A stretch of DNA of 64,000 nt from NCBI RefSeq assembly GCF_006345805.1, contig NC_043016.1, positions 2,790,001 to 2,854,000 of the forward strand. The letters are read 5' to 3'. The notes under the pieces were generated by a model. The model was not told the DNA's origin, did not search any database, and was given only the letters and a program-made list of their open reading frames with translations. A program made the translations under genes and the position numbers. Shown in pieces: positions 25,680-38,520 of this stretch; positions within the stretch are counted from its first letter, which is position 1, and every line of letters begins with the position of its first letter. The DNA comes from Octopus sinensis. Taxonomy: Eukaryota.

Positions 25680-28424
25680 ATTTTATTTAGTTTCAACTCA
25701 CAAGCTGTGGCCATGCTGGGGCACCGCCATTTGGTGTTGCTACTTGGTTTTACTTCACAAATGCTTTTTAGCAATTGCCATTTGGTGCATTTGGTGCACG
25801 AGAGAGTTCGATGCAGCTGCCTTCATCTACACACCCTGCCGTAAAGTTGGTTCATTTGGGACACCTGACAAGAAGAGATCCAGTTTCATTTTAAAGACAT
25901 CTGCATCCACCCCATGCAGGTCTCTTAGGTTCTTCGGGAGGATATTGAAGAGCTGTGGGCCTCGGAAGCCCAAGCTATCACAGTATCTTGTCCTACATCT
26001 TGATGGCAAATTTGGAGTCCTTGACACTATGCAGTGGCGCCCAGTTCTGGCATTTGTGTAACTCTCGATGCCAAAGTTTGGGACAAGTCCTTCTAAGATC
26101 TTCCAGATATATATTATGGCATGTCTTTCTCGCCTACGATCTAAGGAATAGAGTCTCAATCTCTTGAGTCTTTCCCAATAGCTTATATGCTGCACAGAGG
26201 CTATCTTTTTCGTGTAGCTTCGTTGGATCGCCTCAAGTTCTGTGATTAATTTGACACTGGATGGTGACCATAGCTGAGAGCAATAGTCAAAGTGGCTTAG
26301 GACAAGTGTCCTCCAGAGGTCCATCATGGTTTTCTGGTCTCTTGTTCTAAAGGTTCTACGAATCCATCTGGTGAGCCGCCTACATTTCATTGCCAATTTA
26401 GCAACATACACATGAAAGGTTGCATCATCACTCATGTAAATACCCAGGTCTCGCACTGATTGTGCCTCTGGGATTGCAATCCCTCCAGGTCTAGTGTATT
26501 TATTGGGTATTGCATTTATTTGCATGCTGATAGTATAAAGCTTGAAACTTTTCAGCATTGAACTGCATGCTATTCTTTTCAGCCACTTGTATATTTTGTC
26601 CAGCTCACATTGCAGGTGCTTAGTGTCTTCAGGTTCTGTATTGCCTGTGAAACTTTTGTCATCTGCATAACTTGTGATCGTGACTCTCTTTGTGGATGAG
26701 GGCATGTCTGAGAGGGCCATTATGAACAGTAGTGGTCCCAAAACAGTGCCTTGCGGAACACCGCTCACTATTTGCGTATTAATGGCTACTACCACCTGAC
26801 TTCTATCCTTCAGAAAATCACGAAGCCATTCTCCAAATTTTCCAACTATGCCAAGATCACGCAGTTTGTGACATATCATTCCATGATCGACTTTATCAAA
26901 GGCCTTTGCAAAGTCGAGATATATCACTTCCACATGTGAGAGGTTGAGCAGTCGTTTCAGCACCCAGTCATAGTGTTGTAGGAGCTGAGTTAAGCAGCTT
27001 CTTCCTGGTCGGAAACCATGTTGGGTGTCAGGCAGCAAGTCATTTTCTTCAAGGAAGGTGATTAGTTTCCTTCTGACTATTCGTTCCATGACCTTGCTGA
27101 TGTGTGAGGTCAGAGAGATAGGTCTGTAGTTCTTGGCCTCCGCTCTGCTACCTCCTTTATGAATAGTGCCTATTTTACCTTCCTTCAGTTTTCTTGGAAG
27201 TTTGCCAGTTGCAAGGAAGCTCTGAAAGAGGAACTGCAGTGGTCTTGCTAGGACTCTCTTACATACTTTTAGAAGGATTGCTGGGGATCCACCGGGGCCA
27301 GTAGCTGAGTTTGTTTTCATTTCATCAATAACCTTTATTACATCGTCTTCCTTTATATTGATGTAATCAATCATCGCTGCCACTGATTTTACATCTGCAG
27401 TGGTAACGAGGTCAGTTGGATTGCTGACTTGAAAATGCCCTAGGGGTGGGTGAAAATACTCTTGAATTGCTCATTTAGTTTTTCACTTACCCTCATTGGA
27501 TTTCCTGTGAGTGTGCCATCCTTTTCAAGGAGTGTCCCTATCCTACAGTGCCCCGTAGCTGTTTCTTTGGCATACCTGTAAAAAGCTCTGGGGTTAGATT
27601 TTATGTTGTCTATAGCCCAGGCTTCTTTGTCTGCTCTTTCTTTTTCATGGGAGAGTTGCAGGCATTTTTCAGTTTCCAACAGTTTTATTTTCAGGCGGGA
27701 CTTTTCACTGCTTTCAATTTGTTTGTTTAGGCGATTTTGTACGCCGTCACATTAGAATTTTCCTCTCTCTGGGGATTTTGCTCTTGCGTACAGTGGCCTT
27801 TCTCTCTGGGACACATTTGTAGCATATGGCTTGCATTACAGACATGAATTGTTGAAGTTTCATGACGATGTCTGGCGAGGATAGACATTCAGGCCAGTTT
27901 TGTTTGAGGATCTCTTTCTCAATTTGTTTCCAGTTTGCCTTATGGAAGTTCAAGCTGGAAAGATTCTGAGAGTTTCCTGTAGGCTGCATGTCCATGCTTT
28001 CCTTTGACCCGTACATGGTCCGCTCTACCATGTTGTGATCCGAGAGTAGTGTCGGTGTCACTTTCACATTATTGATGAGATCCATATTATTTGTGAAGCA
28101 GAGATCCAGTATGTTACCTGCCCTGGTTGGTTGGAGTATCACTTGCTCCATGTACAGAGTGTTGATGAGGTTCATGAGGGACCTCGCCTGTCCTCGTTCA
28201 CATCGTGTCATTCCTGGGAGAGAAAGGCCCTCGGGCCATCTGACATTGGGTAGATTGAAGTCTCCCATAAGAAGTACACTTATGTGTTGTTCTAATGTGA
28301 CTAGAACTTCTATTTTTATAAGGCAGTCTTCAAACTTCCTACATGGCTTGGGGCATCTGGAGGGGCGATATGTAGCACATATAGCTACACCAAGTTGCCT
28401 TATATGTACAATTAGTGTGTCACA

Positions 28425-28427
<3 letters not shown>
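25680..28427 (-). mobile_element. 5'-truncated CR1/L2-group LINE (APE C-terminus, RT, 3' UTR)
   Basis: APE motifs YRP, GDFNLP, PTR..NILDL, SDH. RT motifs NYRPISLTS, QHGFRPGRSC, YLDFAKAFDKV, GVPQGTVLGPLLF, YADD. (TAAAA)n-like tail. Confidence 0.95.
25827..27383 (-). pseudogene. CR1-type reverse transcriptase ORF (518 aa, decayed)
   Basis: ORF track. The sequence after YADD looks locally frameshifted, and the ORF is separated from the APE part by stops and frameshifts. Confidence 0.85.
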
Positions 28428-28478
<51 letters not shown>

Positions 28479-28479
<1 letters not shown>

Positions 28480-29048
28480 AATTAAATTAGAGATAAAAAC
28501 CACTATTAGGCAACTCAAACAGTGATAGACATAAACCAGACATAAAAAAACAAAAAATAAATATAATTAATATAATATATATATATATATAAAAATATAA
28601 AATTTTAAATTTTAATAATTTAAATTTTAAATAACATATTTATGGCTCAGTGGTTAGAGCGTCGAGCTTACGATCGTGAGGTTGTGAGCTCGAATCCCGG
28701 TCCGGGCTGCGTGTTGTGTTCTCGAGCAAGGCACTTTATTTCACGTTGCTCCAGTTCACTCAGCTGTAGAAATGAGTTGCGACGTCACTGGTGCTAAGCT
28801 GTATCGACCTTTGTCTTTCCCTTGGATAACACTGGTGGCGTGGAGAGAGGAGGCTGGTATGCATGGGCGACTGCTGGTCTTCCATAAACAACCTTGCCCG
28901 GACTTGTGTCTAGGAGGGTAACTTTCTAGGTGCAATCCCATGGTCATTTTTTTATATTAATTATAGTTATATTTTGTTTTTTTATGTTCTGGTTTATGTC
29001 TATCACTGTTTGAGTTGCCTAATAGTGGTTTTATCTCTAATTTAATTT
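28479..29048. repeat. ~95 bp inverted repeats (28479-28574 and 28953-29048) enclosing a SINE
   Basis: ATTAGAGATAAAA(A)CCACTATTAGGCAACTCAAACAGTGATAGACATAAACCAG and its reverse complement. Confidence 0.92.
28643..28946 (+). mobile_element. SINE family D (tRNA-derived)
   Basis: A box TGGCTCAGTGG, B box GCTCGAATCC; second copy at 38761-39091. Confidence 0.9.
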
Positions 29049-29188
29049 ATATTTATACCGTGAAATTTGATTTAATCTTAAATCTAATTTTTCCCAGTAA
29101 GTTTGGATTTACTCCCTAATATTATATATATATATGTATATTTGTAGATATATATATATATATATATATATACATACAAATATTTATA

Positions 29189-29255
<67 letters not shown>

Positions 29256-29962
29256 TTCTCTCTCGCTCCCACCATCTCTCTCTCTGCACACACACACGCA
29301 CACCCACGTTAAGAGGAGCCACAGACTAGCAGAGTGTAACGAAACTGATAGGAAGCAATGGAGTATTACTATATCTTTTTCACTTTAAACCCTGACTCTT
29401 CCTTACTTTTCAGGTGTGTGGATGTGTAAGTATGTGTGCGTGTATGTGTAGGTTTGTGAGTATTCTCTATTTTGATTGTGTGTGTCTCTATTTATGCATG
29501 TATAACAATCACAAGAAACGTCAAAAGAGCCAAATTTGAAATACAAATTAAAATAAAAATTGAAAATAGTATTATTGCAATAATCTATGAATATGCAAAT
29601 TGGGTTTACAAAATGTATAGTTAAGTAAATAAAATTGCAGAAGTGTTCAATACAACTAAACGTTTTGACTATCGACCCAATGAAAACAAATATATAAATC
29701 AAAATCACCGAAGTGGTTCTATATTCGAAGCTAAATGCATCAGAAAGCTCTTAGAGGTTTTATAGAGTTCTCAATGTTAAAGAAAACAAAAATATGAATG
29801 CTAACAACTTGCGGGCTGCGTCTGCAAGAAAATGTTTCTTCAAAATAATAAATTGGAAGTTTGTTTTCCTTTTTAATGGACATAGAAATACGAAAACACT
29901 TAACAAGCCTGTAAATCTTTAATTGTGTAATCCGAAAGCTCGTTCTGACTGCAATTATATAC

Positions 29963-30001
29963 CTAGACAATGTGGGAGCTGTGATTTAAAGTTACTGAAT
30001 T
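29963..30001 (-). CDS. Putative exon E6
   Basis: Acceptor cgattacttttattaacag; donor TAG|gtatat; 39 nt; only phase 1 open: (E)FSNFKSQLPHCL. Confidence 0.65.
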   Translation of the reverse strand, partial: NSVTLNHSSHIV

Positions 30002-31549
30002 CTGTTAATAAAAGTAATCGACAACAGTTGGTCTAGACATCTATATACTTTTAAAATCAGTGCTTTGTACTGTGTTACACAATATACATTATTTAGACTG
30101 AAAAATATAAAATATATAAAAGAAAATTTAACACGACCATACTTCATTCGTAAAAGACAAAACTATATAAATGAGTAATGATGTTTTAATTGAAATAGAC
30201 ACATTTATCACGGCCGTACTCACGAGAGCAAGCATAAACAACCTTAGAGCTTATAGACAAGGAATCAGAAATATAATGGATTAAAGTAATGAACTTCAAA
30301 AGACTTCAAACGATTGAGATAATAAATGCTAAAGTTACAGGCTAACAGTTTTCTGATGCACAAGGACCACTGGAGCCGATTCATGCTTGGGATGTTTGCA
30401 GCATTAATACTTTATATTTTACTTGTTTCAGTTATTAGGCTGCGGCCAGTCTAATAATTCCTTGCGTAGGACAAGGAACGTAGTCGTTTGCATCGTGTGT
30501 AAATGGTTCACTCATTAACTGCGCAGTATTGCCACTATCTACTATGTTCATCATCATCATAATCATCCTCATCATCATCACCGTCATCGTCGTCGTCATC
30601 TTCGTCAGTCATCGTCGTCAGCACGTTGTGTACCTTGCCTATGCTGTTGTTGCTTATCTCAGGGTATATATCCTTGGAGAGCAGACATAGATCAAAGGTT
30701 TTCTTGGCCTGATCATTCAAACTCTTTAATGTTAAATCACAAACAAATGCGTGTTTGTCTCCTTTTTAAGATAATCAACCGAAATTTCAAGGGATCAGCT
30801 TTGATGTAATATAAACAAACAGAGCAAACATCACCAAGGAAAGAAATGCAAATAGAAAGTTAAAGCAACACTTGGTTTGCTTTTGTATACGCACTGTAGC
30901 AGCAAATTATTTTGACAAGTTTAGTGCCCTATACGCTATCAGTAGCAAATTTTCTTATATGTAATCATCATTATTGCTCTGATACTTTCCTGAATCTTTA
31001 AGAGCCAACAAAATACAATTTGTATGTTCGTTCTTAATGTTACAATCGGCGGCCTAATCTCCTTCAAATAATGTTCTGCTGTTTTAAACAAGAGGATGGC
31101 ATTGGACACAGAAAATATAGAAACATTCAGAAGAATACAGACATCGCAAGATCATGACCCGAACGACTTTAATAAGAAGACTGCTTAATGGAAGTTGGCC
31201 TGAGGCCAAAACAACACAACTACAACATATGTGACCTCACTACAAATGTGATATCAATTTAAGCGCCACATCTTTTCATCTTAAGTTATTTTTGAAAAGC
31301 TAAAATGCAACAACATCTATACATTATCACAGCGGTTTAATGAAAACATTTTGTGGGGAAAATACTTTTGGTATGGATATTTCTATTGTTATAGAGAAGC
31401 TATTAATTAACAGAAAAGAAATACAAATCAAATACCGAGACAGCTTAGACACAAGTCAAGAATTTCCGCCATTCCTTAAGTTTTCTCAGCAAGTTATCTA
31501 TCAATCTGTATTCGAATGAGCGTATAAATAAATATATATATGTATGTAA

Positions 31550-31590
<41 letters not shown>

Positions 31591-32507
31591 TATATATATT
31601 ATATAATATATATATATATATATATATTATATAATGTTATATATATATATGTATATATATATATGGTATATTATATATATATATATAATATATGTATGTA
31701 TGTATGTATATGCGTGTGCATGTGTGTGTATGAGTAAATGTATATATATATATATATATTATTACACACACATATATACACACATGTATATGTAGTGTGG
31801 TAAGGCTTCAACAAGTAGAATAGTACTCAATCATGTAAGAGATGTAGATAATGTTACAACGAAAGCCACAAGTCTATCCAGGGTTTCGTACTCAAAATAT
31901 TAATTTCGATATTTCTGAAGCTGAGAAGAAAACTGTTTGTCACTTGCGTTCAAAGCAGACGACATTTGAACAGGGAAAGTGCATAAGGAAGGCAAACAAG
32001 AAATTGAAAGTAAAACAGGGGAGATAACTAACGTTATCACAACAAAAAGCTTAAAGTCATATGTACGATACGGTGACCTCGTACAACGATAAACAACGCA
32101 TTACATTTGCAGGTGGGACCCAGTTAGAATTTTCTTCGGGTTGAGTAGCCCTTCTCTGAATAGGGAATGTTAAAGAATGATGTACAGAATACCCATATTT
32201 CCAGAGGTGAATTATCCAATCTCCAAACAATCCCCCTCAACACATGGCTATGGTGCTCTCCCATAACTTCTGCTCGTGATCAGAGATGTCCATATCATCA
32301 GCCACTAAGGGACATGCTCAACTGGTTAAGGTCAAACAACTGACAAACAAATCTGTAGAATTTATCAGAATATTTGTTGTAACCTGTCTTTTATACCAAG
32401 ACAAACCATATATATCATGACACTCCAATCAGATGGGGAGCAATGAGACCAGCTACCTGGTACTGCATTATTATTACTATTAATATCATTATTGTTAGTA
32501 TTATTAA

Positions 32508-32906
32508 GGTGGCGAACTGGCAGAAACGTTAGCACGCCGGGTGAAATGCTTAGCGGTATTTCGTCTACTGCCGTTACGTTGTGAGTTCAAACTCCGCCGA
32601 GGTCGACCTTACCTTTCATCCTTTCGGGGTCGATAAATTAAGCACCAGTTACGCACTGGGGTCGATGAAATCGACTTAATACCTATGTCTGTCCTTGTTT
32701 GTCCCTTCTATGTTTAGCCCCTTGTTGATAATTAAGAAATGGGTATTTCGTCTACCGCTACTTTCTGAGTTAAATTCCACCACAGTCGACTTTGCCTTTC
32801 ATTCTTTCGGGGTCGATAAATTAAGTAACAGTAAAACACTGAGATCGATGTAATCGACTTGTACCCTCCCCACAAATTTGAGGGCCTTGGCCTATCGTAA
32901 AAAGGA
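32508..32906 (+). mobile_element. SINE family A, dimeric form
   Basis: Same head-tail 1-restart (~32742)-tail 2 layout as 23741-24137. Confidence 0.9.
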
Positions 32907-32932
32907 TTATTATTATTATTATTATTATTATA

Positions 32933-32998
<66 letters not shown>

Positions 32999-33699
32999 AC
33001 TACTACTACTACTATTATTATTATTATTATTATAATTTAAATTTTTGTTGTTGTTGATATTGTTGTCGTTATTGTGTTGTCGTTCATCTATCGGCACGTG
33101 TTGCACATCACACCCGTAAATTTGTTTTTATTTATATTGTTAAACATTGTTATACATTGAATATTTGTTATCGTTACTTAGGAAAACTAACCAGGACCTT
33201 ATGAAGAAGGTTAGCGCTCAGGGTCTATTTTGGTATTTGTTTATGCTAAGACGCCCTTATTTTTTTGCAGAAATACTAAGATAGAGAATGAGAAAAATGA
33301 AACGGACAGCCGATTATCCTGAAAAGAGAACAGCAAAGACACTTGGAAGGCAGTGCTGGTTTTTTAGCAGCACCAAACGCAACAATAATTGCGCACATGA
33401 AGTTTATGAAGGTAATTTTCCTTTGCTTTTACCACCACCTTCACTATCGTGGGAACAAGTGGAATCAATGACAACAAAAAGCAACAATACAAGCGAGAGC
33501 ACTGCCACTCTACCGTGACCGCAGCAAAGAAGCAAACTACGCAAGTCTACGCCTTGCGAGTTCGATATTGCGCAAGCGACAACACAAATACGCGAAGGCA
33601 TTTTTATGAATGAAAGTGCTAAATGTAAGTTAGAGAAATGGAGAAATATGGTACCAAATATTTCTCGAAATGTCCATCAAAAATTTAATTTGCATACAT

Positions 33700-35940
33700 T
33701 TCTATGTACAACAATTAGAGCCAAAAGAAGTAAAGTAGAGCAGACAGTACACCAGCAAATTGAAAAAATGTTCACGACCAGTTTGGGAGAGGAAAATATA
33801 TATAGCCAGGGGGATGAAATATGGGACCGTCAAAGTGAAGTTCGCCTCAGAAGAGGAGGCCAGAAGTCACTCAATAGCCACTCCTAATGAGTGACAAACT
33901 TATCTTCATCCCCATCTACCTTATTGGAAAATTATATATAATTAGAGTACAGTTAGAAATAAACAACTGCTGGTTGGTAGCTGCGATTCCCTTCGACATA
34001 GAAGATAAAACCACTATTCTGCGAATACAGAGCATACAAAAGCAAAAGTGGTTAGGACAGGGTATGTGGTTACTAATACACGCAGAGCATTCAAGTGTCG
34101 AGATTATGCCGGACTTTATCAGCCTACCAGATGGTACAAAGCTTCACGTGACTTTATGAGGTCAGAAAACTAAATCATCGGACACAAATCATCTCAAAGC
34201 TTTCTGTCCAGCATAAAAGAGAAAAGTGAGTCCCCCCAATTTTGCCGACATCAACACTATCACAACCACAACAAAAACAGCACCAACAAAAGTAGGTGGC
34301 CAATACAGCTGTAAAAACAACAGTAATAATACTAGCAGCAATTGCAATCACAGAAGTACTGACAGCAGTTTCTGCAACACCAAGAAACAACAGCAGAAAA
34401 ATCACCAACAACCGTAGCAGAAAAAAAATCACATCATCAGAATCTACCCAAATAACAACAACAACAAATCTATCAACTGAAAAATCTCAAAAATCTTCGC
34501 TAGATTTGCTCCTCCTGAGTTCAGAGCAATCAGATAAGTTTTGCAATATGGAGAAGCACGAAGAGCGTAAATGGCAAAAGGTGGGAAGATCGAACAAAGG
34601 AACAGAGTAACACCGACATCAACACAAAAAACTGGCAGGTATGACCAGGTGGGGAAGATACAGGTATGACCAGGTGGGCAAGATACAGCCGAAAACAATA
34701 TCTTAAATAGCTTCACCAAAAGCGGCCATACCTCCACCGCCAACAACATCATCTCCATCACTATCAGGATCACCACTTATTACTTTACTGCCCACAAGGG
34801 GCTAAACACAGAGGGGACAAACAAGGACAGACAAACGGATTAAGTCGATCATATCGACCCCAGTGCGTAACTGGTACTTATTTAATCGACCTCGAAAGGG
34901 TGAAAGGCAAAGTCGACCTCGGCGGAATTTGGACTCAGAACGTAACGGCAGACGAAATACCGCTAAGCATTTCGCCCAGCGTGCTAACGGTTCTGCCAGC
35001 TCGATGCCTTATCAGAATCACCACCACCATCACAGAGACCACACAACTTTCAGATCTCTCATCTCAACACACGCCCAAGTTACATTTTGAATTACGCAGC
35101 AATAAACACGAACTATTTAAACCTGATGAATCACATATATAAATATACAGACACCACACACACACAGCGGTTGTATCACACCAAGACATCAACACATCAA
35201 CACGCATGAAAATCATACAAAAATCACAACACACATACAATACTATCAAAACAAAATACCCTGAATATATTCTAGAGAGACATATAAAGAATATATAAAG
35301 AACTGCTCGTGAAAACACCTACATATGCCTATAGAGACGGAACATCCATAACCCTACTTGCCAAATAAATTACTCTTCCGCTTCTATACCTTAATCTAAC
35401 ATGGCCTTGCATGGAGTAGGCAGTGCAAAAGCACTTGGCCTGGTTTTGCCTTGGAAACAAGGCCATCTACTGAACGATCTTAGGTCACTAAGTGTTATTA
35501 TAGTGGCTATCAGTGAAACCAGACTCTCTGACCGAGAAGCTTTTATGCCCATTTTCGGTGGATGTGAGATATATTTATGTCCATGTCAACCGTGAATGGG
35601 TGTGGGGTGCAACCACAGTGTTAATCCGGAGAGGCCAGAATCTCAAAATAAGAACTATCTTCCTGGACCTGAAGGTAAGCTGGTGGTCCTGGATTTGAAC
35701 AGTAGTGACGGGAATGTCTTCAGAGTGGTGGCTGTTTATATTCTGACATAAGCAGGACAGCCGGATTTTTCAGACGTCTGGAGGTTTTTCTAGGAACGTC
35801 CCGACCCTTAGAGTTAAGTTGGCGACTGAAATGCCGTCTTAGAGCCACGTTTGGACTGAGTAGTGCTAGCGGAAAGTAGACGGGTGGAAAAAGCTTCACA
35901 ATCTTGTTGAGATATTTTCAGCTGTCTGACAGAATCGTTA
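33700..35940 (+). mobile_element. L1/Tx1-like LINE: decayed ORF1 plus APE endonuclease start
   Basis: ORF1 remnant with HLKAFCP knuckle (~34190). From 35401: GSAKALGL..ISET..LDPEGKLVVLD..VVAVY..FFRRLE..VGD*NA. Confidence 0.75.
34783..35008 (-). mobile_element. SINE family A monomer, tail type 1, inserted in the LINE
   Basis: Near-consensus head and core. Confidence 0.9.
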
Positions 35941-36129
35941 TCACACCGGACAAAATCCTAAGTGGCATGTCGTCCGTCTTTTCGGTATTCCAAATTCCGC
36001 TGCGGTCATTCTGCTTTCAATTCTTTCCATCTCGATTAAATAAGAAACCACAGATTAGTACTATGTAGATGTAATCGACTGATACATTCACCTAATATTT
36101 CCAGCCTTGTATCAGTAGTAGAAAATATT

Positions 36130-36421
36130 ATTGTTATTGTTGTTGTTGTTGTTGTAGTAGTAGTAGTAGTTGTTGTTGTTCTTCTTCTTCTTTATCTTCT
36201 TCTTTATATTCTTCTTCTTTATCTTCTTCTTTTTCTCTTTTTCTTCTTCTTCTTCTCCCTTCTTCTCCTTCTTCTTCTTCTTCTTCTTCTTTTTCTTCTT
36301 CTTTCTTCTTCTTCTTTATCTTCTTCTTCTTTTCTTCTTCTTCTTCTTCTTCTTTTTCTTCTTCTTTTCTTCTTCTTCTTTTTCTTCTTCTTCTTCTTCT
36401 TCTTCTTATTATTATTATTAT

Positions 36422-36466
<45 letters not shown>

Positions 36467-36480
36467 TTATATTCTTATTA
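36130..36480. repeat. (TTG)n/(TTC)n/(TTA)n microsatellite
   Basis: Direct inspection. Confidence 0.95.
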
Positions 36481-36674
36481 TTTATGATTGTGTGTCAAAG
36501 AAATTCGTTTGTACTGTGTACCTTATTTTGATTGATTTCTTGCTCATTATGTTTCACTATTTGCACCCAAAGATGAAATACAATTGTTTTTATGATCCGG
36601 GAATATTGTATCTTTCGAAGTTTTGGCTCTGACTGTATGTGGTTCATTATATCCTTACTCTAACTTTCCTTTAC

Positions 36675-36718
36675 CTAGGGTGTGTGAGGTGTGTGATTTT
36701 ATGATTTTAAAAATATCT
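36675..36718 (-). CDS. Putative exon E5
   Basis: Acceptor tctttgtgttattatctag; donor TAG|gtaaag; 44 nt; only phase 2 open: (K)DIFKIIKSHTSHTL, ending in phase 1. Confidence 0.62.
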
Positions 36719-36909
36719 CTAGATAATAACACAAAGACATCGATTTGTAACTCTAATAACCATTATTTCAATTGCCCCCTGAACATAAATATACAAATTT
36801 TTTTTTACCTAAACTGTATCAAAATATGGTGATGATAGAAACAAACATCAGTAACATAATGTTAGTAAATACTAATGATGTTTTATTTAGACGCCAATAT
36901 TATGGTGAT

Positions 36910-37078
36910 TAAGGTAGTCGATACCATCGACTCCAGTATTGAAGTGGTACTTTATTTTATAGGTTTTGGAAGAATGAAAGACAAACTTGACTCTGGCGTA
37001 ATATGAACTCAGAATGTAAGAAGGCGAAATAGATTCTGCATTGAATTTTTCTGCGCTCTAGTGTGTCTTCCAACTCGA
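36910..37078 (-). mobile_element. Old, degenerate SINE family A copy
   Basis: Remnants TCGACTCCAGT..GTACTTTATTTTAT..AAAGACAAACTTGAC..GAACTCAGAA. Confidence 0.6.
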
Positions 37079-37150
37079 TGCTTTCATAATAAAATTAGAA
37101 ATTAATACAGCTTACTTGAACAGAAATAATATTAGTAACTCAAAACGCAC

Positions 37151-37228
37151 TTATTATTCAAAAAACGTATGTCCCATCCGTGGCAAGTGTCCAGAAATTG
37201 CCCATTATCTATGAAGCCACTCTCACAA
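37151..37228 (-). CDS. Putative exon E4
   Basis: Acceptor ctgattaatgttag; donor AA|gtgcgt; 78 nt; only phase 2 open: (S)CESGFIDNGQFLDTCHGWDIRFLNN. Confidence 0.55.
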
Positions 37229-37669
37229 CTAACATTAATCAGGTAGATATAAATTACATCGGCTTAACAGCAAATCAATTTAAAACAGATATTATCATTA
37301 TAACTGTGCCTTTAAAGTATTAAAAAAACGATTCAACACTAACCTGAGAACTAGCATTCGGGTTTTGAAAAACAATGATTTAATAATGAATATTAGATGG
37401 GAATTATTTTTGAGAAAAAAAGCAATAGTTTATACACACTTTAATTCATTCTGTTATATGTATACCATAATAAAATACTGAGTAACCATACCGAGTTTAT
37501 TCGTTCATATCCACTTATATAAGCTTATATAAATTTATACTAACAAGTGCATCATAAGACAACTACAGAACACAACATTTTACTATTTTAGAAAATATCA
37601 AACGTCTTAAATGAGAAACTTAATATATGAAAAAAAGTGTATATGAACTATTATCCAACTAAATGTCAT

Positions 37670-37860
37670 TTAATGTTTGTCCGACCACCACCGCTTGACA
37701 ACCGGTGCTGTTGTGTTTACGTCTCTACAGATCGGCAAATAAAGACGATAGAATGTCCAGAGTTTAAGAAAAAACTAAGTACTGGCTCGATACATTCTAC
37801 TAAAATTCTTCAAGGTGGTGACCCAGAATGGCCGCAGTCTAATAACTGAAACAAGTAAGA
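37670..37860 (+). mobile_element. SINE B/C, C module
   Basis: CGCTTGACAACCGG..TGTGTTTACGTC...ATGGCCGCAGTC...GAAACAAGTAAGA. Confidence 0.8.
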
Positions 37861-37864
37861 TATA

Positions 37865-38094
37865 TTCATATTTTCTTTTACTGGTTTCAGTCACTTGACT
37901 GTGGCCACGCTGGAGCATTGCCTTTTGTCGAACGAATCGATTCTATGACTTATTCTTTGGGAACCTAGTACTAATTCTATCGGTCACTATGCCCAACGGC
38001 TAAGTTACGGAGAGGTAAACGTACCAACATCCGTTGTCAAGTGATGGTGGGGAACAAAGAAATACACACACACACACGCGCGCGCACACGCACA

Positions 38095-38145
<51 letters not shown>

Positions 38146-38290
38146 TTTCAGTTTCCGTCTACCAAATCCACTCACAGGCTTTGGTCAGCCCGAGGCTAAA
38201 GAAAACTCTTGCCCAATGTGCCCCGCAGTGAGACTGAACTCAGAACCAAGTGGTTTGGAATCAAGCTTCTTACCAGATAGCTACGCCTGC
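37865..38290 (-). mobile_element. SINE B/C complete (B, (TG)n, C)
   Basis: Tail-to-tail with the preceding copy. Confidence 0.85.
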
Positions 38291-38309
38291 GTCTATATAT
38301 ATTATTTCA

Positions 38310-38520
38310 TTATTTTACTTGTTTCAGTCATTAGCTTGTGGCCATGCTGGGGCACCACCTTGAGTTTTCCTTTTTAGTCTAATGGATCGACCCCAGCACT
38401 TACTTATTTTTAAAGCCTGCTACTTACTCTATCGGTTTTTTTGCCGAACCGCTAACAATCGGGGACGCAAACACACCAACACCGGTTGTCAAGTGGTGGT
38501 GGGTGACAAACAGACACAAA
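38310..38520 (-). mobile_element. SINE B/C, C module
   Basis: GTTTCAGTCATTAGCTTGTGGCCATGCTGGGGCACC tail. Confidence 0.85.

Noticed and set aside
29414-29425. Plus-strand 12-nt microexon (tcttccttacttttcag|GTGTGTGGATGT|gtaagt)
   Set aside because: Good signals, but opposite to the inferred gene, no partner exons were found, and it sits in TG-rich sequence where such motifs arise by chance.
30634-30708. Minus-strand 75-nt candidate exon AKKTFDLCLLSKDIYPEISNNSIGK (donor AAG|gtacac)
   Set aside because: Open only in phase 0, but the flanking exons E5 and E6 require phase 1; weak acceptor. Revisit if RNA-seq shows more exons.
34636-34685. 25-bp tandem duplication CAGGTATGACCAGGTGGG(G/C)AAGATA
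   Set aside because: A simple local duplication inside a decayed LINE ORF1; no further significance evident.
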